Assembly: GCA_965204345.1 (NCBI GenBank)
Contig: OZ241981.1
Coordinates: forward strand, 1,184,001-1,248,000
Direction of reading: 5' to 3'
Length of the DNA: 64,000 bases
DNA from: Nitrosopumilus sp.
Lineage (GTDB): Archaea; Thermoproteota; Nitrososphaeria; Nitrososphaerales; Nitrosopumilaceae
A program made the position numbers and the translations under genes. A model generated the notes under the pieces. The model saw only the letters and a program-made list of their open reading frames with translations. It searched no databases and had not been told where the DNA came from. This document shows, one piece after another, positions 18,836-28,602 of this stretch (its first letter is position 1; every line of letters begins with the position of its first letter).

Positions 18836-19330
18836 CTAGTTTTTCACATGTTTTTCATAATACCCAATAGCCAATTCTTGTACCTTAGATTGAATTGAGC
18901 CAGGTCTTTCATCCCGAATTTTTTCAATTGCATCGTTTGCTGTAAATTTTTTGTATTTTATGAAATAACATGCAAGTATAGTACCAGCTCTTCCCAGTCC
19001 AGCTGCACAATGAACCATTACAGACTGATCATTTTTAATTTGTTCATGAATAAAATCTACAGCAGAATCTATCCTATCCATGTCAGGAGCAGTCAAGTCA
19101 GGAGTTGGCACGTGCAGATATCCAATATCTTGCACCCATTCATCAGGTAATGCTTGTTCAGTCATGGTGACAATTGATTTTACACCTTGGTTTAGTAACC
19201 AATCAAATTCATCAGAGCTGGTAGGAATGCCTGAGCCAGCTAATTTTTCCTCGATTAACCATGAAAAATTTGTTGGTTTTTTGGTAATTTTTCCATGAAC
19301 CTTTCTCCAGATATTGCCAGGTTTACTCAT
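18836..19330 (-). CDS. Dual-specificity protein phosphatase
   Basis: VHCAAGLGRAG CX5R active-site motif. Confidence 0.93.
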   Translation of the reverse strand: MSKPGNIWRKVHGKITKKPTNFSWLIEEKLAGSGIPTSSDEFDWLLNQGVKSIVTMTEQALPDEWVQDIGYLHVPTPDLTAPDMDRIDSAVDFIHEQIKNDQSVMVHCAAGLGRAGTILACYFIKYKKFTANDAIEKIRDERPGSIQSKVQELAIGYYEKHVKN

Positions 19331-19380
19331 GACAATATTAGAATAATTCTATATTTTTAGTATTACTAAGCTTGATTTTA

Positions 19381-20022
19381 TCATGATGCCATTGCACGAA
19401 CAGGAGACCCTGTTGCATCTTTTAATTTTAGAGGAAGAATTGTGAAATTAAATTCATTAGAATTTATTTTATTCATGTTTGCTAAATTCTCAACTATCAA
19501 AATATTGTTTTTTGATAAGACATGATGAACACAAAAGGATTCGTCTTTTCCCAAATCAATACTTGGGGAATCAATTCCAACTAGATTGATTTTTTTTGAT
19601 GAAAGATATTTTGCAGATGACAAGTCTAATCCAGGATTTTCAGTAAAATAATTATGTTTTTTTAGATTTTTTTGCCACCCAGTATGGAAAAAAAGGGACG
19701 AGTAATTTGGAATTTTGCCATTCTTTTTTTCAAATGAAACAATATCAGACTTTGTGATAGTATTATTTTTTGATTTTTCAAGTTTTAGAAGAATTCCTCT
19801 TCCAATCAACCTGTCAAGGGGAATTTGATTGATTTTTAGGCCGTTTTTCACGAAATGATATGGTGCGTCAATATGAGTGCCTGTATGTGAACTCATGAAT
19901 AACAATTCAAGATTATATCCGTCGGTTTTGATATTTGACCAATCAATGAATTGTGGTGCAGGAGAACCAGGGAAACTGGGAATTGATTCAGATAATGTAA
20001 GTGAAAGATCTATGGGTCTCAT
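19381..20022 (-). CDS. Cyclase/kynurenine formamidase-family metal hydrolase
   Basis: HTGTHIDAPYH, VGIDSPS and GSPVRA motifs. Confidence 0.9.
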   Translation of the reverse strand: MRPIDLSLTLSESIPSFPGSPAPQFIDWSNIKTDGYNLELLFMSSHTGTHIDAPYHFVKNGLKINQIPLDRLIGRGILLKLEKSKNNTITKSDIVSFEKKNGKIPNYSSLFFHTGWQKNLKKHNYFTENPGLDLSSAKYLSSKKINLVGIDSPSIDLGKDESFCVHHVLSKNNILIVENLANMNKINSNEFNFTILPLKLKDATGSPVRAMAS

Positions 20023-20083
20023 ATCAGCATAACGTAATGGTAATTAATCAATTTTTGAAAAATCAAAGGTTAAATACTGTCTG

Positions 20084-20356
20084 ATGAAAAAAAATCTTGT
20101 GCCTACAGCATATGTTCTATTAAATTCTGACTTGGGATCTGATGAATCAATCATTAATGAAGTAAAACAGATGCTAACTGAAGAAGAAGTCAAATTTGAG
20201 GTTCAAGGTGTCTATGGGGTATACGATATTGTATTGAAATTATCCTCAAATGACGCTGAAAAATTACGTGCAATCATTACCAACAAAGTCAGAAAAATTG
20301 GCAAAGTTCAATCAACATTAACCATGATGGTAATAGAAGAACAAGAAAACCTATAG
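20084..20356 (+). CDS. Lrp/AsnC ligand-binding domain protein
   Basis: AYVLLN...VYGVYDIV...KIGKVQSTLTM pattern of stand-alone RAM domains. Confidence 0.85.
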   Translation: MKKNLVPTAYVLLNSDLGSDESIINEVKQMLTEEEVKFEVQGVYGVYDIVLKLSSNDAEKLRAIITNKVRKIGKVQSTLTMMVIEEQENL

Positions 20357-21502
20357 TTTCTTTATCGCATCAATTACTTTAAGCATTTGAGATTCAGTGT
20401 TGAAGAAGTGAGGGGAAGCACGTACAATTGTTTTGTCCATAATTTCTCTTACTGCTAAAATAATATTTTGTTTTTCAAGTTTGTCAACAACTTGCTGAGA
20501 ATCAATTCCTTTGATGTTAAAAGAAACAATGCTGGTTCTAAGATTCTGATCGTCAGGTCCGTACAAAACAATATTTTGGATTTTTGATAATTCCTCTCTG
20601 AATAGATTTGAAAGATATTGATTTTTTTTATGGATATTGCTCATTCCAAAATTTAGCATATAGTTTGCAGAAGATGCAAGGCCAACTATTCCCACATAAT
20701 TTCTAAAACCGGTCTGAAATTTATCTGGTAATTCTTTATACGCAAGTTTTGAATCGTCATAAATTATCGCAGATTCGCCGCCAATGGTTTTCGGTTCCAA
20801 TAGTTTGCTTGAGTGTCTATTACAATAAAACAACCCTGTACCCATCGGGCCACAAAGCCATTTGGATCCATTAAATGACATAAAATCACACTTTATCTTT
20901 GAAACATCAACATCTCCAATGCATCCTATAGTTTGTGCACTGTCAATAAAAAATGGAACCTTGTTATCAAGAATTTTTCCTATTTCTTCAACAGGCAAAA
21001 TTGAACCTGTATTATACAGAGCATGACTAAGTGCGACTAATTTTGTGTCCTGATTTACAAATGATTTCAAATCGCCTAATTGAAAAAATCCATTATTGTC
21101 AATAGGCAGATTTTGTATTGAAATCTGTTCTTTTAGTTTTATCCAAGGATAAAAATTTGAATGATGTTCATGAGTCATTCCACGAATAATTATGTTAGAA
21201 TCATTATCAAAAGTCAATCCATTTGCAACAAAATTAATCCCGTCAGTTGTGCTTTGGGTTAGAATTACTTCATCGGGTTGAGAGGAAATAATTTTTGCAA
21301 TAGTTTTTCTTACAATTTGTAGTTTTTCAGCAACAAAATATTCAGAATCCTTTGAATCCGGACCGATAGAACTGTATTTGGTCAGAAATTCCTTCATTGC
21401 CTCAATACTTTGATTGGGCATCAAGGATACAGATGCATTATTTAGGTAAATTTTGTCAGAGGATGGAAAATCATGTAAAATATCTTTTGATATCAAATTC
21501 AT
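20351..21502 (-). CDS. Class V PLP aminotransferase (cysteine desulfurase-like)
   Basis: YLNNAS, IDSAQ, NGSKWLCGPMG and VRASPHFFN motifs. Confidence 0.88.
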   Translation of the reverse strand: MNLISKDILHDFPSSDKIYLNNASVSLMPNQSIEAMKEFLTKYSSIGPDSKDSEYFVAEKLQIVRKTIAKIISSQPDEVILTQSTTDGINFVANGLTFDNDSNIIIRGMTHEHHSNFYPWIKLKEQISIQNLPIDNNGFFQLGDLKSFVNQDTKLVALSHALYNTGSILPVEEIGKILDNKVPFFIDSAQTIGCIGDVDVSKIKCDFMSFNGSKWLCGPMGTGLFYCNRHSSKLLEPKTIGGESAIIYDDSKLAYKELPDKFQTGFRNYVGIVGLASSANYMLNFGMSNIHKKNQYLSNLFREELSKIQNIVLYGPDDQNLRTSIVSFNIKGIDSQQVVDKLEKQNIILAVREIMDKTIVRASPHFFNTESQMLKVIDAIKKL

Positions 21503-21525
21503 TATTATATCTGTAAAATCTCAAA

Positions 21526-22122
21526 ATGGTGTTGGATAAAAATCCTGATCACATTATAAAGAATGATTTAACGCAGATTCAAATCAAGTTTGAACAGAAT
21601 AATCCAAATATTGTATTATGTTCAAATTCATTCCATAAAATTGAATTTATTAATAGACTAATCAATTCAACTAAAGATCCAATAATTATCATGGACATGG
21701 ATTTGCTTTATACCGGTTATGTTCAGTCGGGAATGATTCAAAAAAAGGATAATGTAATATTTTTTTATCCAGATAAAACAAATTGGGGGGAGAAATTATC
21801 TGAAATTGGTTTCAAAGTATCAAAGGAAAGATTTTTGGTGATAATTGATTCGTTTAATGGAGTATACAATACATTTGATAATTTAGAATCTGCCAGATTC
21901 ATAAATTCATGTATAATGCTATTGTCTTCGATTGGAAATCATGTAAAATCATCTGTCTTGATTGTGGGCATGGCAAGAAAAAAAGAAGATGATAGTTGGG
22001 TACTAGCACCAGGGGGAAAATATATCATCAAATCAGAAAAGACGGGAGTATATTTTCTTAAAAAAACTGCAGGTGATTTGCTCATTAGCACTTTGGATAA
22101 ATTTGAGGATAATTCAAAATAA
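21526..22122 (+). CDS. Hypothetical protein, possibly a degenerate RecA-like fold
   Basis: 198 aa; IIIMDMD and Walker B-like LVIIDS, no intact Walker A. Confidence 0.55.
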   Translation: MVLDKNPDHIIKNDLTQIQIKFEQNNPNIVLCSNSFHKIEFINRLINSTKDPIIIMDMDLLYTGYVQSGMIQKKDNVIFFYPDKTNWGEKLSEIGFKVSKERFLVIIDSFNGVYNTFDNLESARFINSCIMLLSSIGNHVKSSVLIVGMARKKEDDSWVLAPGGKYIIKSEKTGVYFLKKTAGDLLISTLDKFEDNSK

Positions 22123-22158
22123 AAAGTAATTTTTAGCGTCGTATCTGCGATCAGAATT

Positions 22159-22193
22159 TTAAACGCCGTTATAAAATATTAAACGCCGTTATA
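22159..22193. promoter_or_regulatory. Tandem 15-bp repeat TTAAACGCCGTTATA upstream of the ferredoxin gene
   Basis: Exact copies at 22159-22173 and 22179-22193 (20-bp period), each with an AACG-N-CGTT dyad, just upstream of a TATA-like TTATATTAA. Confidence 0.55.
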
Positions 22194-22247
22194 CAGCCAT
22201 ATTTTTAGGCAAATTATATTAAGACCAAATCTCAAATTAATTTTGTT

Positions 22248-22547
22248 ATGCCAGTAGGAATTATTCCAGACATCAGCGAACAAATGTGTATAGGATGTGC
22301 ACTATGTGTAGAGATCTGTACCACACTTGGACCAGATGTCCTTAGAGTAAAACCAGTTGAAGGCTGGAAGAGAGGTAAAGCATTTGTCTTCTACCCAGAA
22401 AGATGTATTTCTGATGGTGCATGCATTGGTGTATGCCCAACAAAAGCAATCTTTTGGATGCGACCAATGGACTTTACTGTTGGACAACCAGTTCCACTCT
22501 ACAAGAACTCAGTCTTCGTCAAAGGTTGGACTGAATTAATCGATTAG
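22248..22547 (+). CDS. 2x[4Fe-4S] ferredoxin
   Basis: CIGCALCVEIC and CISDGACIGVCP cluster motifs. Confidence 0.92.
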   Translation: MPVGIIPDISEQMCIGCALCVEICTTLGPDVLRVKPVEGWKRGKAFVFYPERCISDGACIGVCPTKAIFWMRPMDFTVGQPVPLYKNSVFVKGWTELID

Positions 22548-22668
22548 GTTAGTTCATCAATTTTTAATTTCTTTTTATTATTTTAGATTCTAACAGTTAG
22601 TCCCATCATTTTTGATTTTTTCTTTAAACAACAACAACATATGATACGAAATATAAGAATAAGGAGGT

Positions 22669-23658
22669 ATGTTTAAGACAATATTTTTTAGTTTACAAAA
22701 AAAATTATTGTTACTAGTATTATCTGCTACATTAACCTCGATACTTATCACAACCATTCTATTCCTAAATTTTGATCATATTCAAATTTTTGAAATGCAA
22801 GAAAATATCATAGGAATTGGAATGGCATTGATGGTCGGACTAAGTGGCATTACATATTTTCTTTCAAAGCGCCTTTCTCAGCCAATAACAAAACTAAGTG
22901 ATGCAGCTAATAAAATAACACATGGAGACTTTAGTGTTAGAACCAATATAAAATCAAATGATGAAATTGGGCATCTTTCTTCATCCTTTGACTCGATGGC
23001 TCAAAAATTACAAGAGTCACTAATCGAGATTAAAGAACAAAAAGATGTCATAAAACAACAAGAAGATATCTTATTGCAGTTTTCTGAACAGAGTGAAAAG
23101 TGTTGTGTGGGGCTGATAGATATTATGAATTCAACGAAGATATGTGCAAATTTATCAGATTCACAAATAAGTGAATTTTATAAAATTTTCCTAAATTCTA
23201 TAGCATCCACAATCAGAAGATTTGAAGGCACCATTGTAAAAAATCTTGGGGACGGATTGCTTTTCTATTTTTCAATAAAGGATACGAAAGATACGGTCAC
23301 ATTAAAAAAATGTCTGAATTGCTGTCTGGCCTTGGGGGAAGAACACGGCAATATTTTAAAAGAATTAGAGAAACAGAATCTTCCATCACTAAACTATAGA
23401 ACTAGCGCAACATATGGAGGTGTGAGAATAGCTAAAACAACATCATCATCAACAAATGATATTTTTGGGGTTACTGTAAACAGATGTGCTAAAATCAATC
23501 GTAGTTCGCCTGCAAACGGAGTAATTATTGGCGAGGGCCTTTATGGTTTAGTAAAAGAATTTGAGGGATATTTTTTCAAAAAAGTTGAAAATGAATCAAT
23601 TTCTGCAGAATATGGATATACGGGATATGTAGTTTCTAAAAAAAATTATAATGATTAA
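22669..23658 (+). CDS. Membrane-bound HAMP + class III adenylate/guanylate cyclase
   Basis: Two TM helices, HAMP domain (PITKLSDAA...DEIGHLSSSFDSM), cyclase motifs LIDIMNST, KNLGDG and DIFGVTVN. Confidence 0.88.
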   Translation: MFKTIFFSLQKKLLLLVLSATLTSILITTILFLNFDHIQIFEMQENIIGIGMALMVGLSGITYFLSKRLSQPITKLSDAANKITHGDFSVRTNIKSNDEIGHLSSSFDSMAQKLQESLIEIKEQKDVIKQQEDILLQFSEQSEKCCVGLIDIMNSTKICANLSDSQISEFYKIFLNSIASTIRRFEGTIVKNLGDGLLFYFSIKDTKDTVTLKKCLNCCLALGEEHGNILKELEKQNLPSLNYRTSATYGGVRIAKTTSSSTNDIFGVTVNRCAKINRSSPANGVIIGEGLYGLVKEFEGYFFKKVENESISAEYGYTGYVVSKKNYND

Positions 23659-24809
23659 TTTTTAGAAAAACCTAGTCTTGATGCCCATCCTCGCTTTTGT
23701 TTTTTAGTTGATTTCATCGATAGATTATCTAACATTTCATATGTGATCGTAAATCCATTGCCAACCATAGTGGCATCTTTTGCATAGTTTTCCTTGTTTG
23801 GCACAAATTCATCAGACAAGTCTTTAATTTTTTTAGTCTTCAAATCAAATAGCCGAATTTTTTTATTATTTTCAAGTTTTATGATTGCATCCCCACTTAG
23901 TCCTTGAATGGAAAAATTTTCAAAGAAACGTATGAAACCACCCTGTTTTAGTTCAATCACAGAATCATAGGTGAATTTTCCGCCATAAAATAAAATTTCC
24001 CGTGCAGACAAAATGACATCATCTTCTACATTAAGGACAATGATTGAATCTGCTTCTAGCAATACGGTATTTATAATATTTTCAGCAATGATCTTTCCGT
24101 TTGGAGCTGAAATGTGGGTTCGATGTTCTTGAATTTGAAATATTCCTACCCTGCCCTGAGGATCTTCAACTGTATATTTTCTGCCATAAACGTTCCCAAT
24201 TACAGCATTGCCATTATCTATAGTTATTTCAGCACCATTTTCAATTTTATATTTATTTTCTAATGGATCAATAAATTTGAAATCTCCATTAGTAAGATGG
24301 ATGTGTGTTTGGAATTCCTGCGTCCATGATGGACTAGTAATGCTACCTTGCATAATTATCGGGCCATCATAGGTCAGATTTCCTGCCATAAAATTTCCTT
24401 TGATTGATAAAGATCCTGTTATTTTTCTTTCTAATTCAATTTCACCGAGGGTTTTAGAACCAAATAATCGTGAGGCAGTTGAGTTTGACCTATTTAATGC
24501 TGCAGCCCATTCTTCAGCGATTTTCATTTCTTTGAATAACTCTTGACCTAAAATCTGATTTTTTCTTCTAACATCAGCCTCGGTGTCACCAGAAAATACC
24601 CTAGAATTTTTTAATTTTTCATTATCAGTATCAGGATACTTTTTACCAATTTTTAGATCATCGTATGCTTGTTTAATTTTAATAAACTGTTCATTTTCTC
24701 CCCCACGATCAGAATGGAATTGAAGTGCCAGTCGTCTAAATGCATCTCGAATTTCCTTTTCAGTGGAACCTTCCATTATTCCTAAAATATCATAATTACT
24801 CTCTGCCAT
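23655..24809 (-). CDS. DnaJ-domain protein with a long beta-rich C-terminal region
   Basis: N-terminal J domain (YDILG...AFRRLALQFHSDRGG; HSD instead of HPD). Confidence 0.8.
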   Translation of the reverse strand: MAESNYDILGIMEGSTEKEIRDAFRRLALQFHSDRGGENEQFIKIKQAYDDLKIGKKYPDTDNEKLKNSRVFSGDTEADVRRKNQILGQELFKEMKIAEEWAAALNRSNSTASRLFGSKTLGEIELERKITGSLSIKGNFMAGNLTYDGPIIMQGSITSPSWTQEFQTHIHLTNGDFKFIDPLENKYKIENGAEITIDNGNAVIGNVYGRKYTVEDPQGRVGIFQIQEHRTHISAPNGKIIAENIINTVLLEADSIIVLNVEDDVILSAREILFYGGKFTYDSVIELKQGGFIRFFENFSIQGLSGDAIIKLENNKKIRLFDLKTKKIKDLSDEFVPNKENYAKDATMVGNGFTITYEMLDNLSMKSTKKQKRGWASRLGFSKN

Positions 24810-24868
24810 TTTTACATCAGCAAAGTTAATTTCTATATTTTCTATACTTTTAGGTTTCTACACGATTA

Positions 24869-25522
24869 TTACTGATTATTAGATTTGATAAGTGCAATAA
24901 CTGCAATTGTAATTATAATAAATCCAACCGTAATTATAATAAATCTAATGGGGTTTAATTGTATATTTTCAAGATTGTCTATTGATTCTTTCAGATCATT
25001 GACATCCTCAATTAACGCAGTATGCCCATCAATCATTTGTGTTATTGTAATATCAGATGGTTCGGGAAATTCTATGTATGAACGCTCATTAACTTTGGGT
25101 GGATGCATAGATAAGCTGATTGGAGTATCAACAATGGTTCCTAGAATGTTTGCTTGATAAAAGCCTGAGACAGTTGGGTTTACAAATGCATAATATTTTC
25201 CAGGAATGTTATGATCAGGCGATAAAGGAAGAGTGATGCTCTCATCTTTGTAAATTAATTTTATTTTTACTGTTTTTTTTAAATCTGGAACGCCATTTTT
25301 AAATACTTGATCTTCAAGCTCCAACCCAGACTCTAAAGGACTCACATAGAATTCAATAGCATTGGTTTCTCCAGATACAACCGGCTCATTCATCCAGCCA
25401 ATTTCAACTCGATATTCCCCCACAGCATCAACTGTGTGACCATATGCAATCCCAAATAATCCTGGTGCAATCAATAAAGATAAAATCAGATACTTTAATT
25501 TCATACTCAAAAAACCAAACAT
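24869..25522 (-). CDS. Exported protein with signal peptide and C-terminal TM anchor
   Basis: Signal peptide ending AYG-H, IGWMNEP...PGKYYA domain, C-terminal TM. Confidence 0.65.
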   Translation of the reverse strand: MFGFLSMKLKYLILSLLIAPGLFGIAYGHTVDAVGEYRVEIGWMNEPVVSGETNAIEFYVSPLESGLELEDQVFKNGVPDLKKTVKIKLIYKDESITLPLSPDHNIPGKYYAFVNPTVSGFYQANILGTIVDTPISLSMHPPKVNERSYIEFPEPSDITITQMIDGHTALIEDVNDLKESIDNLENIQLNPIRFIIITVGFIIITIAVIALIKSNNQ

Positions 25523-25573
25523 GATTTTAAAAACGTTCTACTAACTTTCCTTAAAGATTGATATTTGTACCAG

Positions 25574-27037
25574 TCATGCATCCGCATACATTGAAACTTC
25601 CCAGGCAGTGGGGGTTTGTGCAAAAGCAGTATATTCTTTGTATTTTAATTCAGCATATTGATCTAAAAAGTCAGTAGTAAAAATTTCTTCTAAGAATTTT
25701 GAATCACTTGCTAAAGAATCAAGTGCGCCTTTTAGAGATACAGGCAAAGATCCAATGTTATATTCGCGCTTTTTTTCTGTAGAGAGTTTGTATACATTTT
25801 CTTCAATAGGGTCTCCGGGATCAATTTTATTTTTTATTCCGTCTAATCCTGCAAGTAATAATGCAGCCTCTAAAAGATAGATATTTGCAGAAGGGTCAGG
25901 CACGCGATATTCAATTCTTTTACTCTTTTCTTGATTTCGGTTATACATTGGAATTCTGATTGCAGTAGAACGGTTTGCTAGTCCCCAACAGACATTGACA
26001 GGAGCTTCAAATCCGGGAACAAGACGCTTGTAAGAATTTGTCGTAGGGTTTGATATTGCACACAAAGCCGATGCATGACTCAGAATTCCTCCTACATAAT
26101 ATCTTCCAGTTTGACTCATTTGTGCTACGTCATCATCCCTATCATACATTACATTCGTATTTTCATTCCACAAACTCTGATGCGTGTGCATGGCCGATGC
26201 GTTATCACCAAAGATTGGTTTTGGCATAAATGTTGCAACTTTGTTTTTCCTTTTAGCTTTAATTTTAACTAAATTTTTTACTGCAATTACATTGTCTGCC
26301 ATAGAAATCATTTCATCATAAACCAGATTAATTTCACATTGGCCAGAAGTTGCTACCTCATGGTGTTCAGCTTCAATTTTTATTCCGAAATAATTATACA
26401 AATCATCACATACATCCTTTCTGAATCCTTCAAGTGTATCCTTGGGTTGTGATGGATAATATCCTTCTTTGATATCTATAGCAGTACTAACATTTCCTTT
26501 AGACCAAGGCGATTCTTTAGATTCTATAGAATAGCCGGATCCTCCTCCAGAATGCGTTGCAGCATAAGGTGATGGATAAACATTGATAGCATCAAATACA
26601 AAAAATTCTATCTCAGGACCCCAATTAGTATGGGTAAAACCAAATTCTCCAAGTTTTTCTGTTGCTTTGTGTGCAATTCCTCTAGAATCACGGTTATAGC
26701 GTGATTCTTTATTTGTGTTCCCATCATACAGATCACAAAATATTCTTGCATTTTTTCTGTGACCTGGATCATAGTCATTGGGAAGAACTTTAAATGACGT
26801 TGGATCAGGCATTAAGATCATATCAGAGTTATTTACCGACTTGAATCCAACAATCGAGCTTGCATCTAATTTTTCAAGACCGTTAACAAAGCTGTTCTTA
26901 TCAATTGCGTAACTTGGCATGCCAACGTTATGAAGCTCGCCGAAGATATCTACAAACCAGAAATCTATGAAAGATATATTTTCATCTTGAATGGCTTTTA
27001 ACACTTGATCTGAATTCAATTTTAATATTTTTAACAA
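25574..27037 (-). CDS. glnA: Type I glutamine synthetase (copy 1)
   Basis: GPEIEFF, HHEVATSGQCEI, FMPKP, NPTTNSYKRLVPGFEAP and RIEYRVPDP motifs. Confidence 0.95.
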   Translation of the reverse strand: MLKILKLNSDQVLKAIQDENISFIDFWFVDIFGELHNVGMPSYAIDKNSFVNGLEKLDASSIVGFKSVNNSDMILMPDPTSFKVLPNDYDPGHRKNARIFCDLYDGNTNKESRYNRDSRGIAHKATEKLGEFGFTHTNWGPEIEFFVFDAINVYPSPYAATHSGGGSGYSIESKESPWSKGNVSTAIDIKEGYYPSQPKDTLEGFRKDVCDDLYNYFGIKIEAEHHEVATSGQCEINLVYDEMISMADNVIAVKNLVKIKAKRKNKVATFMPKPIFGDNASAMHTHQSLWNENTNVMYDRDDDVAQMSQTGRYYVGGILSHASALCAISNPTTNSYKRLVPGFEAPVNVCWGLANRSTAIRIPMYNRNQEKSKRIEYRVPDPSANIYLLEAALLLAGLDGIKNKIDPGDPIEENVYKLSTEKKREYNIGSLPVSLKGALDSLASDSKFLEEIFTTDFLDQYAELKYKEYTAFAQTPTAWEVSMYADA

Positions 27038-27099
27038 ATTTCGTTACTAATGTTATCTAGTAAGATAGAATTGTCAAGTTAGTCAGGTAAATTATAAAA

Positions 27100-28455
27100 T
27101 TATTGATGTGAGCTGATCTTTGATGCCTTAAGGGCATCAAGTTCGTCTTCAAAGAAGAATTTATCTCCATATGCAGGTTCCAAGTCATCTAACCAAATTG
27201 CATTTTCATCATATTTTGCAAAAAATGGTTCATGTACCCAATCAGGGTTCCTTCCCTGTAAGAATCTCAAAACTATCAATTTTTGATCGTTTAATTGAAT
27301 TGTCCCGGCTACCTGTACTTTTCCAGGCGTGGCAGACATACTGGGTCCACGAACGGTTCTTGCTAATCCGCTTACAGACGAATATGCCTTGCTAAAAATC
27401 TCATATGCTTTGATTAAAGGAACGCCAAAGTAATGTTGTGCGCCTGTATCTCTTACAACAAACATGTAGTATGGTATACAACCTAGTTGAACCTGGGTAG
27501 TCCACATTTTTGCCCACATGTTGGCATCATCATTGATATGTGCCAATATTGGCGACTGGGTTCTAATTTGTGCACCTGTCTTTCTTATTTCTTTTATTGC
27601 GGATTTTACAGCATCTGTTGATAATTCATTTAGATGATTAAAGTGTCCCATGAAAGCTAGATGTAAACCGCTATCAGTAATTCGTCTGAAAACATCTAGC
27701 ATTTCTTCAGAATCAGAATCAGTCAAAAATTTGTAAGGCCAGTAGGAGAGAGCCTTTGTTCCAATTCGAATTGTTTTAAGATTTGGAATCTTCGATTCAA
27801 TTAATGCATCAATATACCTAGAGAATATTTTTGCTTTCATGATCATAGGATCACCGCCTGTAAAAAGTACATCACTGATTTCTGGATGTTCTGAGACATA
27901 TTGGGTTAATTGCTCGCCCTCTTGCATTGCAAATTTCATTTCATCCATTCCAACAAACTGCGGCCATCTAAAACAAAAGCTGCAGTACGCATGACATGTT
28001 TGGCTTTGACTGGGGAAAAAAAGACAGGTTTCCTTGTATTTATGTTGCATTCCATACAACTTTGTTCCATCTTTTAATGTAGGAACGTTTAGTTCCATTT
28101 GACCTGCCGGGTGGGGATTTAACTGTAAACGAATTTCATTTGCAACATTTGCTATTTCTTTTTTATCGGCATTATTTTTTAAAGCGGTTTCCATTTTTTT
28201 GTAATGCTCTGGATTTAACATTCCTTTCTGAGGGAAGGTCAAAACATACATTGGATCATTGGGAATATTATTCCAATCAATTAATTTTTCAACAACATAA
28301 TTATTTGCTTTAAACGGCAGTACATTTCCAACTACCTCCATTTCAAATTGGGTTTCTTCAGAAAGATTTTGAATGTGCGGAAGTGTGCGAAAATTTGATA
28401 ATGTATAAGACTTTAGTGATGGAGAACCACTCCATATTGATTCCTGATATGTCAT
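27100..28455 (-). CDS. KamA-family radical SAM/PLP aminomutase (lysine/glutamate 2,3-aminomutase-like)
   Basis: HKY, CHAYCSFCFR (CX3CX2C), FTGGDP, IRIGTK, PYYMF and PGKV (PLP Lys) motifs. Confidence 0.9.
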   Translation of the reverse strand: MTYQESIWSGSPSLKSYTLSNFRTLPHIQNLSEETQFEMEVVGNVLPFKANNYVVEKLIDWNNIPNDPMYVLTFPQKGMLNPEHYKKMETALKNNADKKEIANVANEIRLQLNPHPAGQMELNVPTLKDGTKLYGMQHKYKETCLFFPSQSQTCHAYCSFCFRWPQFVGMDEMKFAMQEGEQLTQYVSEHPEISDVLFTGGDPMIMKAKIFSRYIDALIESKIPNLKTIRIGTKALSYWPYKFLTDSDSEEMLDVFRRITDSGLHLAFMGHFNHLNELSTDAVKSAIKEIRKTGAQIRTQSPILAHINDDANMWAKMWTTQVQLGCIPYYMFVVRDTGAQHYFGVPLIKAYEIFSKAYSSVSGLARTVRGPSMSATPGKVQVAGTIQLNDQKLIVLRFLQGRNPDWVHEPFFAKYDENAIWLDDLEPAYGDKFFFEDELDALKASKISSHQ

Positions 28456-28602
28456 TTTGTAAGTAGGCTATTTGCCCTTGTTAAAGGTTACATGATTTTT
28501 ACGCACGGAATTTCTTAATTTATAAAAAACTTGATTAAAATTGGAAGTAAAAATGATAATAGTGGCTATCTTTGTATTCTAGAATGGAGAATGTGCTAGT
28601 TA

